Positions 36,174 through 48,788 of a stretch of DNA of 64,000 bases are shown in pieces. Below the pieces are notes generated by a model. That model was not told where the DNA came from, did no database searches, and was given only the letters and a program-made list of their open reading frames with translations. This DNA comes from an uncultured bacterium (GTDB lineage: Bacteria > Verrucomicrobiota > Verrucomicrobiia > Limisphaerales > UBA11358). The stretch lies in NCBI GenBank assembly GCA_963708305.1, contig CAVPSH010000001.1:449820-513819 (forward strand), in the 5' to 3' direction. How positions within the stretch are numbered: the first letter of the stretch is position 1; every line of letters begins with the position of its first letter. The position numbers were made by a program, and so were the translations under genes.

Positions 36174-38207
36174 TTACCCCGATTGTCCGGTCAAAGCGGG
36201 AACGGCATTGGGTTGAAGGTTGTCCGGCAGAGATGGGCCCCTGGACGGGGCATCCAGTGTTTCCCGAATCAACTGCGCCACCTGCAGTGGTTGATAAGGC
36301 TTGGCCAGAAAGGTGACGGCCTCGTGACCGAAGTCCCGGCCCACAAAGGCGGAAGTGTATCCGCTGGCATAGATCGTTTTCAAATCAGGCTTTCGGCGTT
36401 TCAATTCGACAGCCAGTTCATCGCCCGTCATACCGCCGGGCATAATCATGTCGGTGATAAGCAAATCAATCCGGCCGCTGTGCTCGTCCCAAACCAGCAA
36501 TGCTTCGGAACCGGAAGAAGCGGTCAAAACGCGATAGTGATATTGTTGGAGAACCTCCTGCATCAGATCCAACAGATCCTTTTCATCCTCAACCAGAAGA
36601 ATGGTTTCCCGGCCACCTTTAACCATCTCGGTTTCCGAAGGGGAACCGGTCGAAAGGTGGCTGGTTTCACCGGCGACCGGGAAAAACACTTTGAAAGTGG
36701 TCCCCAGGCCGACCTTGCTCTGGACTTCAATCCAGCCGTGATGTTGTTTGACAATGCCGTAAACGGTGGCCAGCCCCAGTCCCGTTCCCTTCCCCACCTC
36801 CTTGGTGGTAAAAAATGGTTCAAAAATCCGCTGCAACACGCTGCGCTCCATGCCGCACCCGGTGTCGGCAACGGATAAACAGATGAACCGGCCCGTATGA
36901 GCCTCGGGATGGAGTTTTACATAAGGGGAGTCGGTTTCAACGGCAGAAGTCTCGATGAGGAGTTTGCCGCCCTTGGGCATGGCATCCCGCGCATTGACCG
37001 CCAGATTCATTACAATCTGTTCGACCATGGCGATATCGGCGGCAATGCGCGGCAGGTCGGGGCCACAGCGGACTTCCAGGCCGATGTGCTCGCCGAGCAT
37101 TCGCGGCAGCATGTATTCCAAATTGTGCAGCACGTGGTTCAAATCCAGAATCTTGGTCCGATAGACCTGCTTGCGGCTGAACATGAGCAAATGCCGGATG
37201 AATCCAGCCGCGCGTTCCGAGGCGGCGGAAATCTGCTTCAGGGATTTTACCGAATCCGCGTCCAGCGACGCCGCGTTGAGCAGCAACCCGGCATGCCCCT
37301 GGATGATGGTCAAAATATTATTGATATCATGCGCCACACCGGCGGCCAACTGGCCGATGGATTCCATTTTCTGGGATTGCCGCAACTGCGCCTCCAGCGC
37401 CAGACGCGCGGTAATGTCCTCAACCGTCACCACCATGCCGTCAATCTTGCCGCCGGCGTCAAAAAGTGGCGCGGCATTCACGGAAAGCAGGGGGTGATCC
37501 CGACTGGTAACATCACCGTCAGTCCGCGCGCCAGCGTTAACGGCGTAACAGGCATCGTGGACCGGCTGTCCCGAATCGAGGATTTGTTTCAAAGTGGAGG
37601 CCGGTCCGGACAATGGATTGCCCTCCGAATCGGTCAGATGCCAGTCCAAAACACTGCATAAATTCCGGGTAATGGCGTCCTTGGTCAGGCCAAGAATCTT
37701 TTCCGCCTGCAGATTGGCAAAGGTGATTTTTCCCGATTGGTCGGCGACCACGATGCCCACGGGGCTGGTTTCCATGATGCGGCCGATAAGATCGCGCTCC
37801 CGGCGAAGGTGTTCCTTGGCGTACTGGCCCTGGATCGCATACCGGATGGCGCGGTCCAGTTTGTCGGCGTCAAGCTGGCCCTTGATCAGATAGTCGGCAG
37901 CCCCGGCCTTCATGGCTTCGATGTCAATTTCGTGATCACCCTGCCCGGTCAGCAAAATAATGGGCGACCGGTCATTGAGGGATTTGGATTCCCGCAACAA
38001 TTCGAGGCCCGTCCGGCCACCCAGACGATAGTCCAACAAACAGATGTCGTGTTCGTGACGATGCACGGCGGCCAGGGCGGCGTCATAATTATCCACCCAT
38101 TCGAGCTGATACCGGCGATCCCTGATTTCGGAAATCAGATTGCGAGTGATGACATAATCATCCTCATCGTCATCCACCAGCAGGACTCTGACGGGGGCAT
38201 CGGCCAT
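36174..38207 (-). CDS. hybrid histidine kinase (REC-PAS-HisKA-HATPase-REC)
   Basis: N-terminal REC (VLLVDDDEDD...LLDYRL), the H-box AAGVAHDINNILTIIQGH, the G-boxes DTGCGM and GTGLGL, and a C-terminal REC (ILLVEDE...LITDMIMPG). Confidence 0.85.
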   Translation of the reverse strand: MADAPVRVLLVDDDEDDYVITRNLISEIRDRRYQLEWVDNYDAALAAVHRHEHDICLLDYRLGGRTGLELLRESKSLNDRSPIILLTGQGDHEIDIEAMKAGAADYLIKGQLDADKLDRAIRYAIQGQYAKEHLRRERDLIGRIMETSPVGIVVADQSGKITFANLQAEKILGLTKDAITRNLCSVLDWHLTDSEGNPLSGPASTLKQILDSGQPVHDACYAVNAGARTDGDVTSRDHPLLSVNAAPLFDAGGKIDGMVVTVEDITARLALEAQLRQSQKMESIGQLAAGVAHDINNILTIIQGHAGLLLNAASLDADSVKSLKQISAASERAAGFIRHLLMFSRKQVYRTKILDLNHVLHNLEYMLPRMLGEHIGLEVRCGPDLPRIAADIAMVEQIVMNLAVNARDAMPKGGKLLIETSAVETDSPYVKLHPEAHTGRFICLSVADTGCGMERSVLQRIFEPFFTTKEVGKGTGLGLATVYGIVKQHHGWIEVQSKVGLGTTFKVFFPVAGETSHLSTGSPSETEMVKGGRETILLVEDEKDLLDLMQEVLQQYHYRVLTASSGSEALLVWDEHSGRIDLLITDMIMPGGMTGDELAVELKRRKPDLKTIYASGYTSAFVGRDFGHEAVTFLAKPYQPLQVAQLIRETLDAPSRGPSLPDNLQPNAVPALTGQSG

Positions 38208-38220
38208 ACGCGGGGTTATG

Positions 38221-38652
38221 TTAGTCGTTCGGCAGTTCGACGACTTCAAACCAGTATTGGCCGAGGACTTTGATCAACTCGACGAGCGATTTGAAGGTGA
38301 CGGGTTTGGTCACGTAGGAATTCACGCCCAGGTCGTAACTCCGCAGGATGTCCTCCTCCGCCTTGGAAGTGGTGAGAACGACGATGGGAATCCGGCGCAG
38401 AATGGGGTCCGCCTTCATTTCCTTGAGGGCCTCGCGCCCATCTTTGCGCGGCATGTTCAAGTCGAGCAGGATCAGGCCCGGCAATGGTTTGCCATTCAAA
38501 TTCTCGTAGCGACCCCGGCGGTGGAGGTAATCCAACAATTCCTCCCCGTCTTCGACGCAATGCAGTTCATTGGCCAGGCGGTTTTGCGCGAACGCGTCGC
38601 GCGTCAACTGGCGATCATCCGGGTCGTCGTCGGCCAATAGAATCGTAATCAT
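38221..38652 (-). CDS. single-domain response regulator (Rcp1-like)
   Basis: ILLADDDPDD...LILLDLNMPRKDG...VVLTTS...YVTKP. Confidence 0.85.
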   Translation of the reverse strand: MITILLADDDPDDRQLTRDAFAQNRLANELHCVEDGEELLDYLHRRGRYENLNGKPLPGLILLDLNMPRKDGREALKEMKADPILRRIPIVVLTTSKAEEDILRSYDLGVNSYVTKPVTFKSLVELIKVLGQYWFEVVELPND

Positions 38653-38662
38653 TTTCCCTTCC

Positions 38663-41353
38663 TTACTCATGGTTTTCTCCTGTGTTTGGTGGTTCCTTGG
38701 GATGGGTCACCGGCAACGTCACAATGAATGTGGTGCCCTCGCCGGGTTTGCTTTTGGCGGTGATTTCGCCGTGATGGAACAGCACAATTTTTCGTGCGAT
38801 GGCGAGTCCCATGCCCGTGCCTTCATACTCATTACGCGAGTGCAACCGTTGAAATACGTTAAAAATCCGGTCCAGGTATTTTTCGTCAAAGCCAATACCG
38901 TTGTCACTGACCGTCAAACGACAAAGCTTTTTCATAACCGCCGTGCCTCCGTCCGACGAAGGTCCGGTAATGATTTGCGCGGCGACTTTTACGACGGGCG
39001 GCAAGTCGGGACGGCGGAATTTGAGGGCATTGCCAATCAGATTTTGAAACAACTGGCGCATTTGAAGCGCTTCGGCATCAATCAGCGGAAGGGTCTCCAC
39101 TTCGACGCGGCCCTTGACCAGTTCAATCCGCCCTTCCAGATCATTGATGACTTCACGGGCAACCTCTGCCAGATCCACCTGGACGAACGGCCGGGCCTTG
39201 GTGGTGACACGCGAAAAAGTCAGCAAATCATTGATCAGCGTCTGCATGCGTGTGGCCGCCTTCTGCATCCGTTCCAAATAATCACCCGATTGCGCGTCCA
39301 GTTTCGCGCCCCCCTGATCCTTGAGCCGCTCGCCGAAAACCACGATTTTTCGCAACGGTTCCTGCAAATCGTGCGAGGCCACATAGGCAAAATCCTGCAG
39401 CTCGCGGTTGCTGCGCTCAAGCTGGGTCGTGAACTGGCGCAATTTTCCTTCGCTGACCCGCAAGGCGTTCTCGCTTTTTTTCAAATCGGTAATATCGGTG
39501 TTGATGCCGAAAACCTGCCAGCGGTTTTCTGTCAGCTTATGAATGGTTATGAATTCCTGCATCCAGTGCTCGATTCCATGCTTGTCAGTGCAACGAAATT
39601 CATTGCGATAAAACGGCGCGCTGTTGAGGAAGGCCTCCCGGGCAACCTGGTGCATCTGATTGAAATCATCCGGGTTACGGCTCTCACTCCAGACCTGCTG
39701 GTAAGTCTTGTCCGGTGGCACATTAAGCGGAAACACCTCCTGGGCCGCCTCTTCATTCAACACGGGGTAGTTCCAGCGGAAGATCGTCAGTTCTTCCCCG
39801 ACCCGTTCCCGCCATCCCGCGGGCGCCTCCACTTCTCCGCGATTCAGGATGCAACGCGTGCTCCGCATGACTTCACGCAGCCGCTCCTCACTCTCTTTCA
39901 GAGCCTCCGTGGCCTGTTTCTGTTCGGTGATGTCGCGGCCAATGCCCACCAGCCCGATAATCTCCTGGTTTTGATCGCGTAAGGGCAACTTGCTGGTCAA
40001 CAGCCACCGCTTCCCGCGCGAGTCGTCCAGGAAATACTCCTCCCGGTTGGTGACCGCCTGGCCTTGAATCACCTTCATGTCGTCGGCATAGAATTTTTCG
40101 GCAATTTCACGGGGAAAGAGGTCGAAATCGGTTTTGCCGATGGCCTCGGCCTCGGTCTGGCAGTGATAGTTTTTCAGGTCAGCCGGATTGGCCAGGATTT
40201 TCCGACCGGCGGTATCTTTGGCGTAGATGCAGTCCGGCAGATTGTTAACCAACGTTCGCAGCAAGGATCGTTCCTGCGCCAGCACCTCCTCCATCCGTTT
40301 GCGTTCGGTGATGTCCCGGCCGAGGCCGATGAATCCGATAACCTTGCCTTGCGTATCGCGCAAAATCACTTTGGTGGTTGCAACCCAGCGATTTTTCCCT
40401 TGCTTGCTTGCATCAACGGTAGGCCCTTCATGGTTGTGTAATCCTCTGCCCGAACGAACCATCTGTTCTTCTTCGGCACGGTATCGCGCTGCCAGTTCGG
40501 GCGGGAAGAGGTCGAAATCCGATTTTCCTATGATCTCATCGGGAGAGGAGAATCCCATCTGGCGCGCCACGGCCATGTTGGCCAGGATAAACCGGCCTTC
40601 GGCATCCTTGGTATAAACATAATCCGGCAGGTTGTCGATCAGGGTGCGCAACAGCAGACGTTCTTGTGAAATCTCGGCGGTACGCACGGCAACCCGTTTC
40701 TCCAGCTCGTCGTACGACTGGCGCAGCGCCTCTTCTGCCCGTTTCTGCTCCGTAATGTCCCGATTGAGGCCCACCAAACCTATGACCTTGCCCTCCTTGT
40801 CCCGCAGCGGCACCTTGGTGGTGGAAGTCCAGCCGATTTCGCCGTTGGGCAGGATCTGCTTCTCAGTCTTGTTGATCAAGGGCTGGCCGGTCTGCATGAC
40901 CCGTTGCTCATCTTGATAGAATTCCTCGGCTTTTTCCGAAATGTTAAAATCAGAGTCCGTTTTACCGATGGCCGAAGCCGGATTTTCCACACCCAGGCGG
41001 TGGGCGAGGGATTTGCTGAGTTTGATGAACCGGGATTGTGTGTCTTTGAAATAAATCCGGTCTGGAATATTCTCCAGAATGGCCTCCAGCAGCCGATGGG
41101 GGTCTGTCATCGTTCCCTCCTGACCTTTTCCCTCCGCGGCGGCATGACCGGGCAGATTGTCAACCGAGGCCCGGAGGGAATCCCGTTCGCGGATCAATTG
41201 CGCGTTTTCCTTCGCCAACCGCGCATTCTCGTCACGGAGATTCTTCTGCGGTGCGGCGGCCAATGACCGCTCCAGAACATCCGTGGCCAGTCCGTTATTC
41301 GAACCAAAAGCGCCGCCAGACAGTGACGTTTTTTTGCGTTGAAGCGGCTTCAT
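38663..41353 (-). CDS. cytoplasmic multi-PAS sensor histidine kinase
   Basis: Four or five PAS units (each ending with a motif such as GLNRDITEQK or GRDITERK), the H-box FAYVASHDLQEPLRKI, and the HATPase motifs DNGIGF and GTGMGLAI. Confidence 0.85.
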   Translation of the reverse strand: MKPLQRKKTSLSGGAFGSNNGLATDVLERSLAAAPQKNLRDENARLAKENAQLIRERDSLRASVDNLPGHAAAEGKGQEGTMTDPHRLLEAILENIPDRIYFKDTQSRFIKLSKSLAHRLGVENPASAIGKTDSDFNISEKAEEFYQDEQRVMQTGQPLINKTEKQILPNGEIGWTSTTKVPLRDKEGKVIGLVGLNRDITEQKRAEEALRQSYDELEKRVAVRTAEISQERLLLRTLIDNLPDYVYTKDAEGRFILANMAVARQMGFSSPDEIIGKSDFDLFPPELAARYRAEEEQMVRSGRGLHNHEGPTVDASKQGKNRWVATTKVILRDTQGKVIGFIGLGRDITERKRMEEVLAQERSLLRTLVNNLPDCIYAKDTAGRKILANPADLKNYHCQTEAEAIGKTDFDLFPREIAEKFYADDMKVIQGQAVTNREEYFLDDSRGKRWLLTSKLPLRDQNQEIIGLVGIGRDITEQKQATEALKESEERLREVMRSTRCILNRGEVEAPAGWRERVGEELTIFRWNYPVLNEEAAQEVFPLNVPPDKTYQQVWSESRNPDDFNQMHQVAREAFLNSAPFYRNEFRCTDKHGIEHWMQEFITIHKLTENRWQVFGINTDITDLKKSENALRVSEGKLRQFTTQLERSNRELQDFAYVASHDLQEPLRKIVVFGERLKDQGGAKLDAQSGDYLERMQKAATRMQTLINDLLTFSRVTTKARPFVQVDLAEVAREVINDLEGRIELVKGRVEVETLPLIDAEALQMRQLFQNLIGNALKFRRPDLPPVVKVAAQIITGPSSDGGTAVMKKLCRLTVSDNGIGFDEKYLDRIFNVFQRLHSRNEYEGTGMGLAIARKIVLFHHGEITAKSKPGEGTTFIVTLPVTHPKEPPNTGENHE

Positions 41354-41549
41354 GTTAATTCATTCAAATCCCGGTTCCGTTGAGGCCATTCGGGTTGGCT
41401 TAAACACTAGCAGTTTAAGTGCCTTTTCCGCGCAAATCCGTCAGCGTTATTCCCCTCTGCCGTCTCATGCAATTTTTGTCTCCAAATAGGACAAGGGGAA
41501 TCCCAGGCGAAGCTTCCCCTCCGCACCAAATCTTCAAATGGCACATGAA

Positions 41550-41870
41550 TCAAAACCGCTTTAACACCTCTTCCGGCGTAAAACCATGAAGTTTGACGAC
41601 CTTGTGCCGCGATTTGTGACCGCGCACCAATTCGATGGAACTGCGCGCGCAATCCAACCGTTCGGCCAGCAAACGGACCAGCGCTTCATTCGCGGCGGCA
41701 TCCACCGGCGGCGCGGTGACTCGGATTCGCAATTCGTCGCCGACCCCGCCGTGGGGAATGATTTCATTGGCGGACGCGCGCGGCTGGAGTTTCACGGAAA
41801 GCAGGACGCCGTCCGACTGCGCACGAAGAAAATTGGGGATAACCGTAGCCGCCATTTCAGGAGCGACCAA
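41550..41870 (-). CDS. DUF167 (YggU) family protein
   Basis: LSVKLQPRASANEI...LRIRVTAPPVDAAANEALVRLLA...GHKSRHKVVKL. Confidence 0.7.
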   Translation of the reverse strand: MVAPEMAATVIPNFLRAQSDGVLLSVKLQPRASANEIIPHGGVGDELRIRVTAPPVDAAANEALVRLLAERLDCARSSIELVRGHKSRHKVVKLHGFTPEEVLKRF

Positions 41871-43995
<2,125 letters not shown>

Positions 43996-44014
43996 AAACG
44001 ATAATTCCGGATTA

Positions 44015-44905
44015 TTACCACTTCACCGTTTTGAGATAGTGGATGCTTTGCGGAACCTGTTTTTCGGAGGACGGCGATTCGTCCTCGATGAAGTACCATT
44101 TTATGCCGATTTTTTTCGCCTCACGTAAAATCGGCGCGTAGTCAATTTTCCCCGTCCCCACCGCCACATCATTGGTCACGTCCGAATGGCCGGTGAGCAG
44201 ACCCGTAGGCGTGTTGTCGCGCATTCCCTTCATATGCATAAGCTGCCAGCGTTTGCCATACTTTTGCAGCAGTTTCACCGGGTCCTGGCCCGGATGCACA
44301 ATCCAAAACACGTCCATCTGAAAGTGCACATATTGGGGATTTGTCTCCTTCATCATCAGGTCCAGCAACGTGCCGTCCTGGTAAGGCTGAAATTCGTAAC
44401 CATGCACATGATAAAAGAACGTGAGGTGATGCCGGGCCAACACCTCACCGGCGTGGTTGAAAACAGCAACGGCTTCGCGGCAGGTTTGTTCGTCAAACGG
44501 TTTGTTGTCGTCGTGCGGAATCCACGCACAACCGACATATCCCAACCCCAAAACCTTCGCGTCACGGATGACGCCGTCGAGATTCGTGCGGTATTCGTCG
44601 TACGGAAAATGTCCGCTGACGGCGGTCAGGCCATGCAAATCCAGTTGGGCTTTGAACTGTTCGGGCGTGAGGTTGTAGGTGCCGGCCAGTTCGACGTTCT
44701 TGACGCCCCAGCTTTTTACCTCGTCCAACGTGCCCGGCACGTTGGTCGCCAGCTCGGTGCGCAGACTGTAAAGCTGAAGGCCCCATGGCCCTTTGAAAGT
44801 TCCATCGGCGCAGGTGGAAAAGGCCGCCAGTGACAAGATGATCGCCAAAAAAAGTAGTGTCGGTTTCACGAGTTTCATGGATCGGATCAAGGTGGTTTTC
44901 TCCAT
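44015..44905 (-). CDS. sugar phosphate isomerase/epimerase (xylose isomerase-like TIM barrel), secreted
   Basis: 296 aa with an N-terminal signal and the family-typical WGLQLYSLR...VELAG...HGYEF...FQMDVFW...IEDE. Confidence 0.7.
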   Translation of the reverse strand: MEKTTLIRSMKLVKPTLLFLAIILSLAAFSTCADGTFKGPWGLQLYSLRTELATNVPGTLDEVKSWGVKNVELAGTYNLTPEQFKAQLDLHGLTAVSGHFPYDEYRTNLDGVIRDAKVLGLGYVGCAWIPHDDNKPFDEQTCREAVAVFNHAGEVLARHHLTFFYHVHGYEFQPYQDGTLLDLMMKETNPQYVHFQMDVFWIVHPGQDPVKLLQKYGKRWQLMHMKGMRDNTPTGLLTGHSDVTNDVAVGTGKIDYAPILREAKKIGIKWYFIEDESPSSEKQVPQSIHYLKTVKW

Positions 44906-44955
44906 TCAATGCGGGCGGGCGGAATTTTGCAAAACAAAATTTTCCGCGTTCCCGG

Positions 44956-46803
44956 CTAACGGGACTGCAACCGTTTCAAAACCTCGATGCCGAAAAGGCC
45001 GTTCGCGAGCGGTTCGTGGCCGATCAAGTACACCGGCTGGTAATTTTCCCCAATCCATTGCATCAGTTCGACGCCGTAGCCCGGCGAACGGCCAAAATAT
45101 CCGATGCCAAACTCGGCGGTGTCCCGCTCCACGAGGAAAATGTAGTCGGGCGGGTTTTTCTCGAAGGCCGCCGTCATGCCGGCCTGGCCAAATGCGGTCA
45201 GGACCGTCGGCGTCCAATCCAGACAGGGCGTTGGATTCACCCGGCGGCTGAGGTAATTGATGGTGGTGCCCTCCGGCAATACCGCCAGCGTTCCGTCACG
45301 GGGCACGTTTTTTTCAATCCACTCCAGTGTCAGTCGCACTCCCGCGCCCGCCGGATTGAGGCGCGGGTCGAAGGCCAGGATTTGGTCGCCGCCTTTTCCC
45401 ACCGCCAGGTCTTTTGTGCTGTACCACGATTCCGAATCGCGGACCAGGACCCCAAATCCGATCATCAACGCCAACCAGACGGCGAGGCGAAACGGGCGCG
45501 GAGCCACATCGTATTTTTTTTCCAGCAAAACCGGCAGAAGCCAGAACAACAGGAACAGGGCCGTGATGGCCGCGGGCATGGCGAGGGCAAATCCGTAGTG
45601 CCAGACGCGGGAAAACAATCCGAGTTTCGCCAGTAATACCAGACCGAACACGCTCCACAACAGTGGGAACGCCATTTCCCGTTCGACGGACAGGTTCTGG
45701 TAATTTCTCCAAAGCAGGATGCAGGCAGCCAAACCCAGCAGCGGCAGCGACGCGCCGCTGTTGAGCCAGTTGAACCAGGCGGCGGCGGCCAGCAACGGAA
45801 TCAGCAGCACCAGTTGGGTGGTTCGTTCTGTACCGAAACGCGTCTCGCGCTGGAACAGTCTTGCGTACAACGCCACCAAAAGCGCGACGCAGAAAAAGTG
45901 GATGGCCATTTCGCGGAGATGAGCAACGGGCGTGTCGAGTCCGGTGCACCAGAGATAAAAATGATTTTGGGCAACCGGCGTCAGCCACAACGGCGCCCAG
46001 GCGAAGGCCGTGGCATACAAACTCGCGCGCCAATCTTCCACGCTCAGGAAATAGAGGAAAAATCCCAGCGCCGGGATCACGGCGGCCGCCAGAAACGCCG
46101 TAGCGGATTTGACCATGAAACCGCTCCGCCCGGCCTTCGCATAAAACAGAATGAAGGCGGTGACAACCCCGGCAGCCAGCGCCACGAAAATTTCCGGTTT
46201 GGTCAGAAACACGAGGCCGAAACAGAAACCGGCGGCGAAGGCATATCGGAGTTTTGGTTTGTTGATCCAATCGGACAGGAAGGCGACGGCCAGGATGGAA
46301 AGAACCAGACCGTGAAAAAGCTCATGGGAATAGGGCGCGATGTAATTGTAGTTGCCAACAACCTGGTATTCGTTGAAGGCGAACACCAACACGATACCCA
46401 GACAAATGGTCGTAGCCGTCCAGCGGTCGGCGGCCGCCAGAAACCGGCGGTAGATCAAAACCAGCAGCGTGGCGGTGATGGCAAGATTTGCAAAAATCAG
46501 CGTGCGGAACGAAACGCCGAAGATTTTGAACAGCAGCGCGTTGAAATACTGCGACAGCGGACCGCCCGCCAGATAATGCAAATCCCGGTATAGCACCTGC
46601 CCCTCGCAAATCCGCCACGGCAAGTAGAGTTGCAATCCGAAATCAACCAGCACGTCCGGCCATTTGCGCCAGGAAACCGCCGCCACGGCTACGAATGCCA
46701 CGGCTACGACCGCCAGCCCGGCCCATTTCGAGTCGAGCCACGTCAGACCACGTACCTTGCTGAATGTCTCCGTCCAACGCTTTTCTGAGGTGAAAGCGTC
46801 CAC
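44956..46803 (-). CDS. polytopic membrane protein, ArnT/PMT-like (GT39/GT83-type) glycosyltransferase candidate
   Basis: 615 aa with about 12 TM helices followed by a soluble C-terminal domain. The assignment rests on architecture only. Confidence 0.45.
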   Translation of the reverse strand: MDAFTSEKRWTETFSKVRGLTWLDSKWAGLAVVAVAFVAVAAVSWRKWPDVLVDFGLQLYLPWRICEGQVLYRDLHYLAGGPLSQYFNALLFKIFGVSFRTLIFANLAITATLLVLIYRRFLAAADRWTATTICLGIVLVFAFNEYQVVGNYNYIAPYSHELFHGLVLSILAVAFLSDWINKPKLRYAFAAGFCFGLVFLTKPEIFVALAAGVVTAFILFYAKAGRSGFMVKSATAFLAAAVIPALGFFLYFLSVEDWRASLYATAFAWAPLWLTPVAQNHFYLWCTGLDTPVAHLREMAIHFFCVALLVALYARLFQRETRFGTERTTQLVLLIPLLAAAAWFNWLNSGASLPLLGLAACILLWRNYQNLSVEREMAFPLLWSVFGLVLLAKLGLFSRVWHYGFALAMPAAITALFLLFWLLPVLLEKKYDVAPRPFRLAVWLALMIGFGVLVRDSESWYSTKDLAVGKGGDQILAFDPRLNPAGAGVRLTLEWIEKNVPRDGTLAVLPEGTTINYLSRRVNPTPCLDWTPTVLTAFGQAGMTAAFEKNPPDYIFLVERDTAEFGIGYFGRSPGYGVELMQWIGENYQPVYLIGHEPLANGLFGIEVLKRLQSR

Positions 46804-46812
46804 GGCGGATGC

Positions 46813-48282
46813 TCAGGCGTTGTAAGTGCTGGAAGCGGTGGTACCACCGCGGCCGGTCCAGTTGGTATGGAAAAACTCGCCGCGCGGCTTGTCCACGCGC
46901 TCGTAGGTATGCGCGCCGAAATAATCGCGTTGCGCCTGCAATAAATTGGCCGGCAACACGGCGTTGCGGTACTGGTCGTAAAATGCCAGCGCCGTGCCAA
47001 ACGCGGGCACCGGAATGCCCTTTTTGGCGGCCGCGGCCACGACATTGCGCCAGCTTTTCTGGCAACGCTTGATTTCGCCGCGGAAATAATTATCCAGCAG
47101 CAAATTCGTGAGCTTGGCGTTCGTGTCGAAGGCTTCCTTGATTTTGCCCAGGAAACGCGAGCGGATGATGCAACCACCGCGCCACATTAGCGCAATGCCG
47201 CCATAGTTGAGATTCCATTTATGCTCGGCGGCGGCGGCGCGCATGAGCATGTAACCCTGCGCGTAGCTGACGATTTTTGAGGCGTAAAGCGCGTCACGAA
47301 TTTCGGTGATGAACTCTTTTTTCTTCGCGTCTTTTTTGACGACGCTCATTAACGGTTTTGGCCCCTTTAACTTCTTCGCCGCCTTCACCCGGTCGTCCTT
47401 CAACGCAGAAACGCAGCGGGAATAAACCGCCTCGGCAATGAGGGTAATGGGAATGCCCAGGTCCGCGCTGCTCTGCACCGTCCATTTGCCGGTGCCCTTC
47501 TGGCCGGCGGTGTCGAGGATTTTATCCACCAGCGGTGTGCCGTCCGTGTCTTTGTAAGCCAGAATGTCGCGGGTGATTTCGATGAGGTAACTGTCCAGTT
47601 CGCCCGTGTTCCATTCCTTGAAAATCTCGTGCATTTCGGCGGCCGTCAGGCCGAGGCCGTTTTTCAGGATGTTGTAGGCCTCGCAAATCAACTGCATGTC
47701 GCCGTATTCGATGCCGTTATGAACCATCTTGACGTAATGGCCGGCGCCGCCCTCTCCCACCCAATCGCAGCACGGCGTGCCGTCGTCCACTTTCGCGGCG
47801 ATGCCCTGGAAAATATTTTTGACGTGCGGCCACGCGGCGGGCGAACCGCCGGGCATGATGCTCGGACCGTGCCGTGCGCCTTCCTCACCGCCGCTCACGC
47901 CGGTGCCGATGTACAGCAGCCCCTTGCTCTCGACATATTTCGCGCGGCGGTTGGTGTCTTCAAACAACGAATTGCCGCCGTCAATGATGATGTCGCCCGG
48001 TTCCAGCACCGGCAGCAAATGCTCGATGAATTCGTCCACCGCCTGGCCGGCCTTGACCATGAGCATCACCCGGCGCGGCTTTTTGAGCAGCGCGGCCATT
48101 TCCGGGAGCGAATGCGCGCCGATGACCCGGGTGCCTTTGGCAGCGTTGTTGAGGAAGTCGTCCACCTTGGCAACGGTGCGGTTGAAGGCCACCACGGTGA
48201 AGCCGTGGTCGTTCATGTTCAAAATGAGATTCTGGCCCATGACGGCCAGCCCAATCAGTGCAATGTCAGCTTGCGGTTCCAT
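46813..48282 (-). CDS. gnd: 6-phosphogluconate dehydrogenase, decarboxylating
   Basis: IGLAVMGQNLILNM...GTGVSGGEEGAR.GPSIMPGG...GAGHYVKMVHNGIEYGDMQ...GTGKW. Confidence 0.9.
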   Translation of the reverse strand: MEPQADIALIGLAVMGQNLILNMNDHGFTVVAFNRTVAKVDDFLNNAAKGTRVIGAHSLPEMAALLKKPRRVMLMVKAGQAVDEFIEHLLPVLEPGDIIIDGGNSLFEDTNRRAKYVESKGLLYIGTGVSGGEEGARHGPSIMPGGSPAAWPHVKNIFQGIAAKVDDGTPCCDWVGEGGAGHYVKMVHNGIEYGDMQLICEAYNILKNGLGLTAAEMHEIFKEWNTGELDSYLIEITRDILAYKDTDGTPLVDKILDTAGQKGTGKWTVQSSADLGIPITLIAEAVYSRCVSALKDDRVKAAKKLKGPKPLMSVVKKDAKKKEFITEIRDALYASKIVSYAQGYMLMRAAAAEHKWNLNYGGIALMWRGGCIIRSRFLGKIKEAFDTNAKLTNLLLDNYFRGEIKRCQKSWRNVVAAAAKKGIPVPAFGTALAFYDQYRNAVLPANLLQAQRDYFGAHTYERVDKPRGEFFHTNWTGRGGTTASSTYNA

Positions 48283-48301
48283 TTGTCGTATCAGTTAAAA
48301 T

Positions 48302-48476
48302 AGGGTCCCCTGCCGATTTTTTTGCAAACGCCTTGTTTTGCAAAAAAAACAGTGGCATGGGCGAACTGACGATACAACAGCCCGTCCGCCACGCCAGCAG
48401 TATTTTATGAAAAACAGGGTCCCATGCCGGTTTTTTTGCGAATGCCTTTTTTCGCAAAACAAGCCAGCGGCATGGG
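48302..48476. repeat. two copies of a 60-nt palindromic unit (family C), 114 bp apart
   Basis: AGGGTCCCCTGCCGATTTTTTTGCAAAcgccttgTTTTGCAAAAAAAACAGTGGCATGGG at 48302-48361, and the related AGGGTCCCATGCCGG...GCGGCATGGG at 48416-48476. Confidence 0.8.
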
Positions 48477-48564
48477 CTTCACCCAAAATTGTGTACTGAA
48501 ATTTCAGACCGCCAGCAACTCGCAGCCGTGGACGAAACGCGGGCGGATATTCCTTCCAGAGACC

Positions 48565-48635
48565 GTAGCAGCCGATGTGAATCGGCTCTGATTTCGCCGG
48601 TGGGAGTATGGAGCGGACTCACGTCCACTGCTACA
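48565..48635. repeat. REPIN doublet (family A)
   Basis: GTAGCAGCCGAtgtgaATCGGCTCTGA ... GAGCGGACtcacGTCCACTGCTACA. Confidence 0.8.
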
Positions 48636-48761
48636 AGGCTTCTCCGGCAAAGGATGGGCAACCTTGAAACTTTCCGGCAATTCACGGAACAGCGCGGGGT
48701 TTTCTCCGGCCAAAACACCGGCCAGCCAATGGCGCATAAACATCAAAATAAATTCACGCTT

Positions 48762-48788
48762 TGTAGCGGCGGTCTGTGACCGCCGGTA
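48762..48788. repeat. single REP hairpin (family A)
   Basis: TGTAGCGGCGGTctgtgACCGCCGGTA. Confidence 0.6.

Noticed and set aside
48504-48746. Small ORFs inside the 48.3-48.85 kb repeat-rich spacer, e.g. 48504-48746, 48266-48457 and 48489-48779.
   Set aside because: They are translations of REPIN and palindromic units, and the same peptide-like strings recur wherever the repeats occur. They have no independent coding signal.
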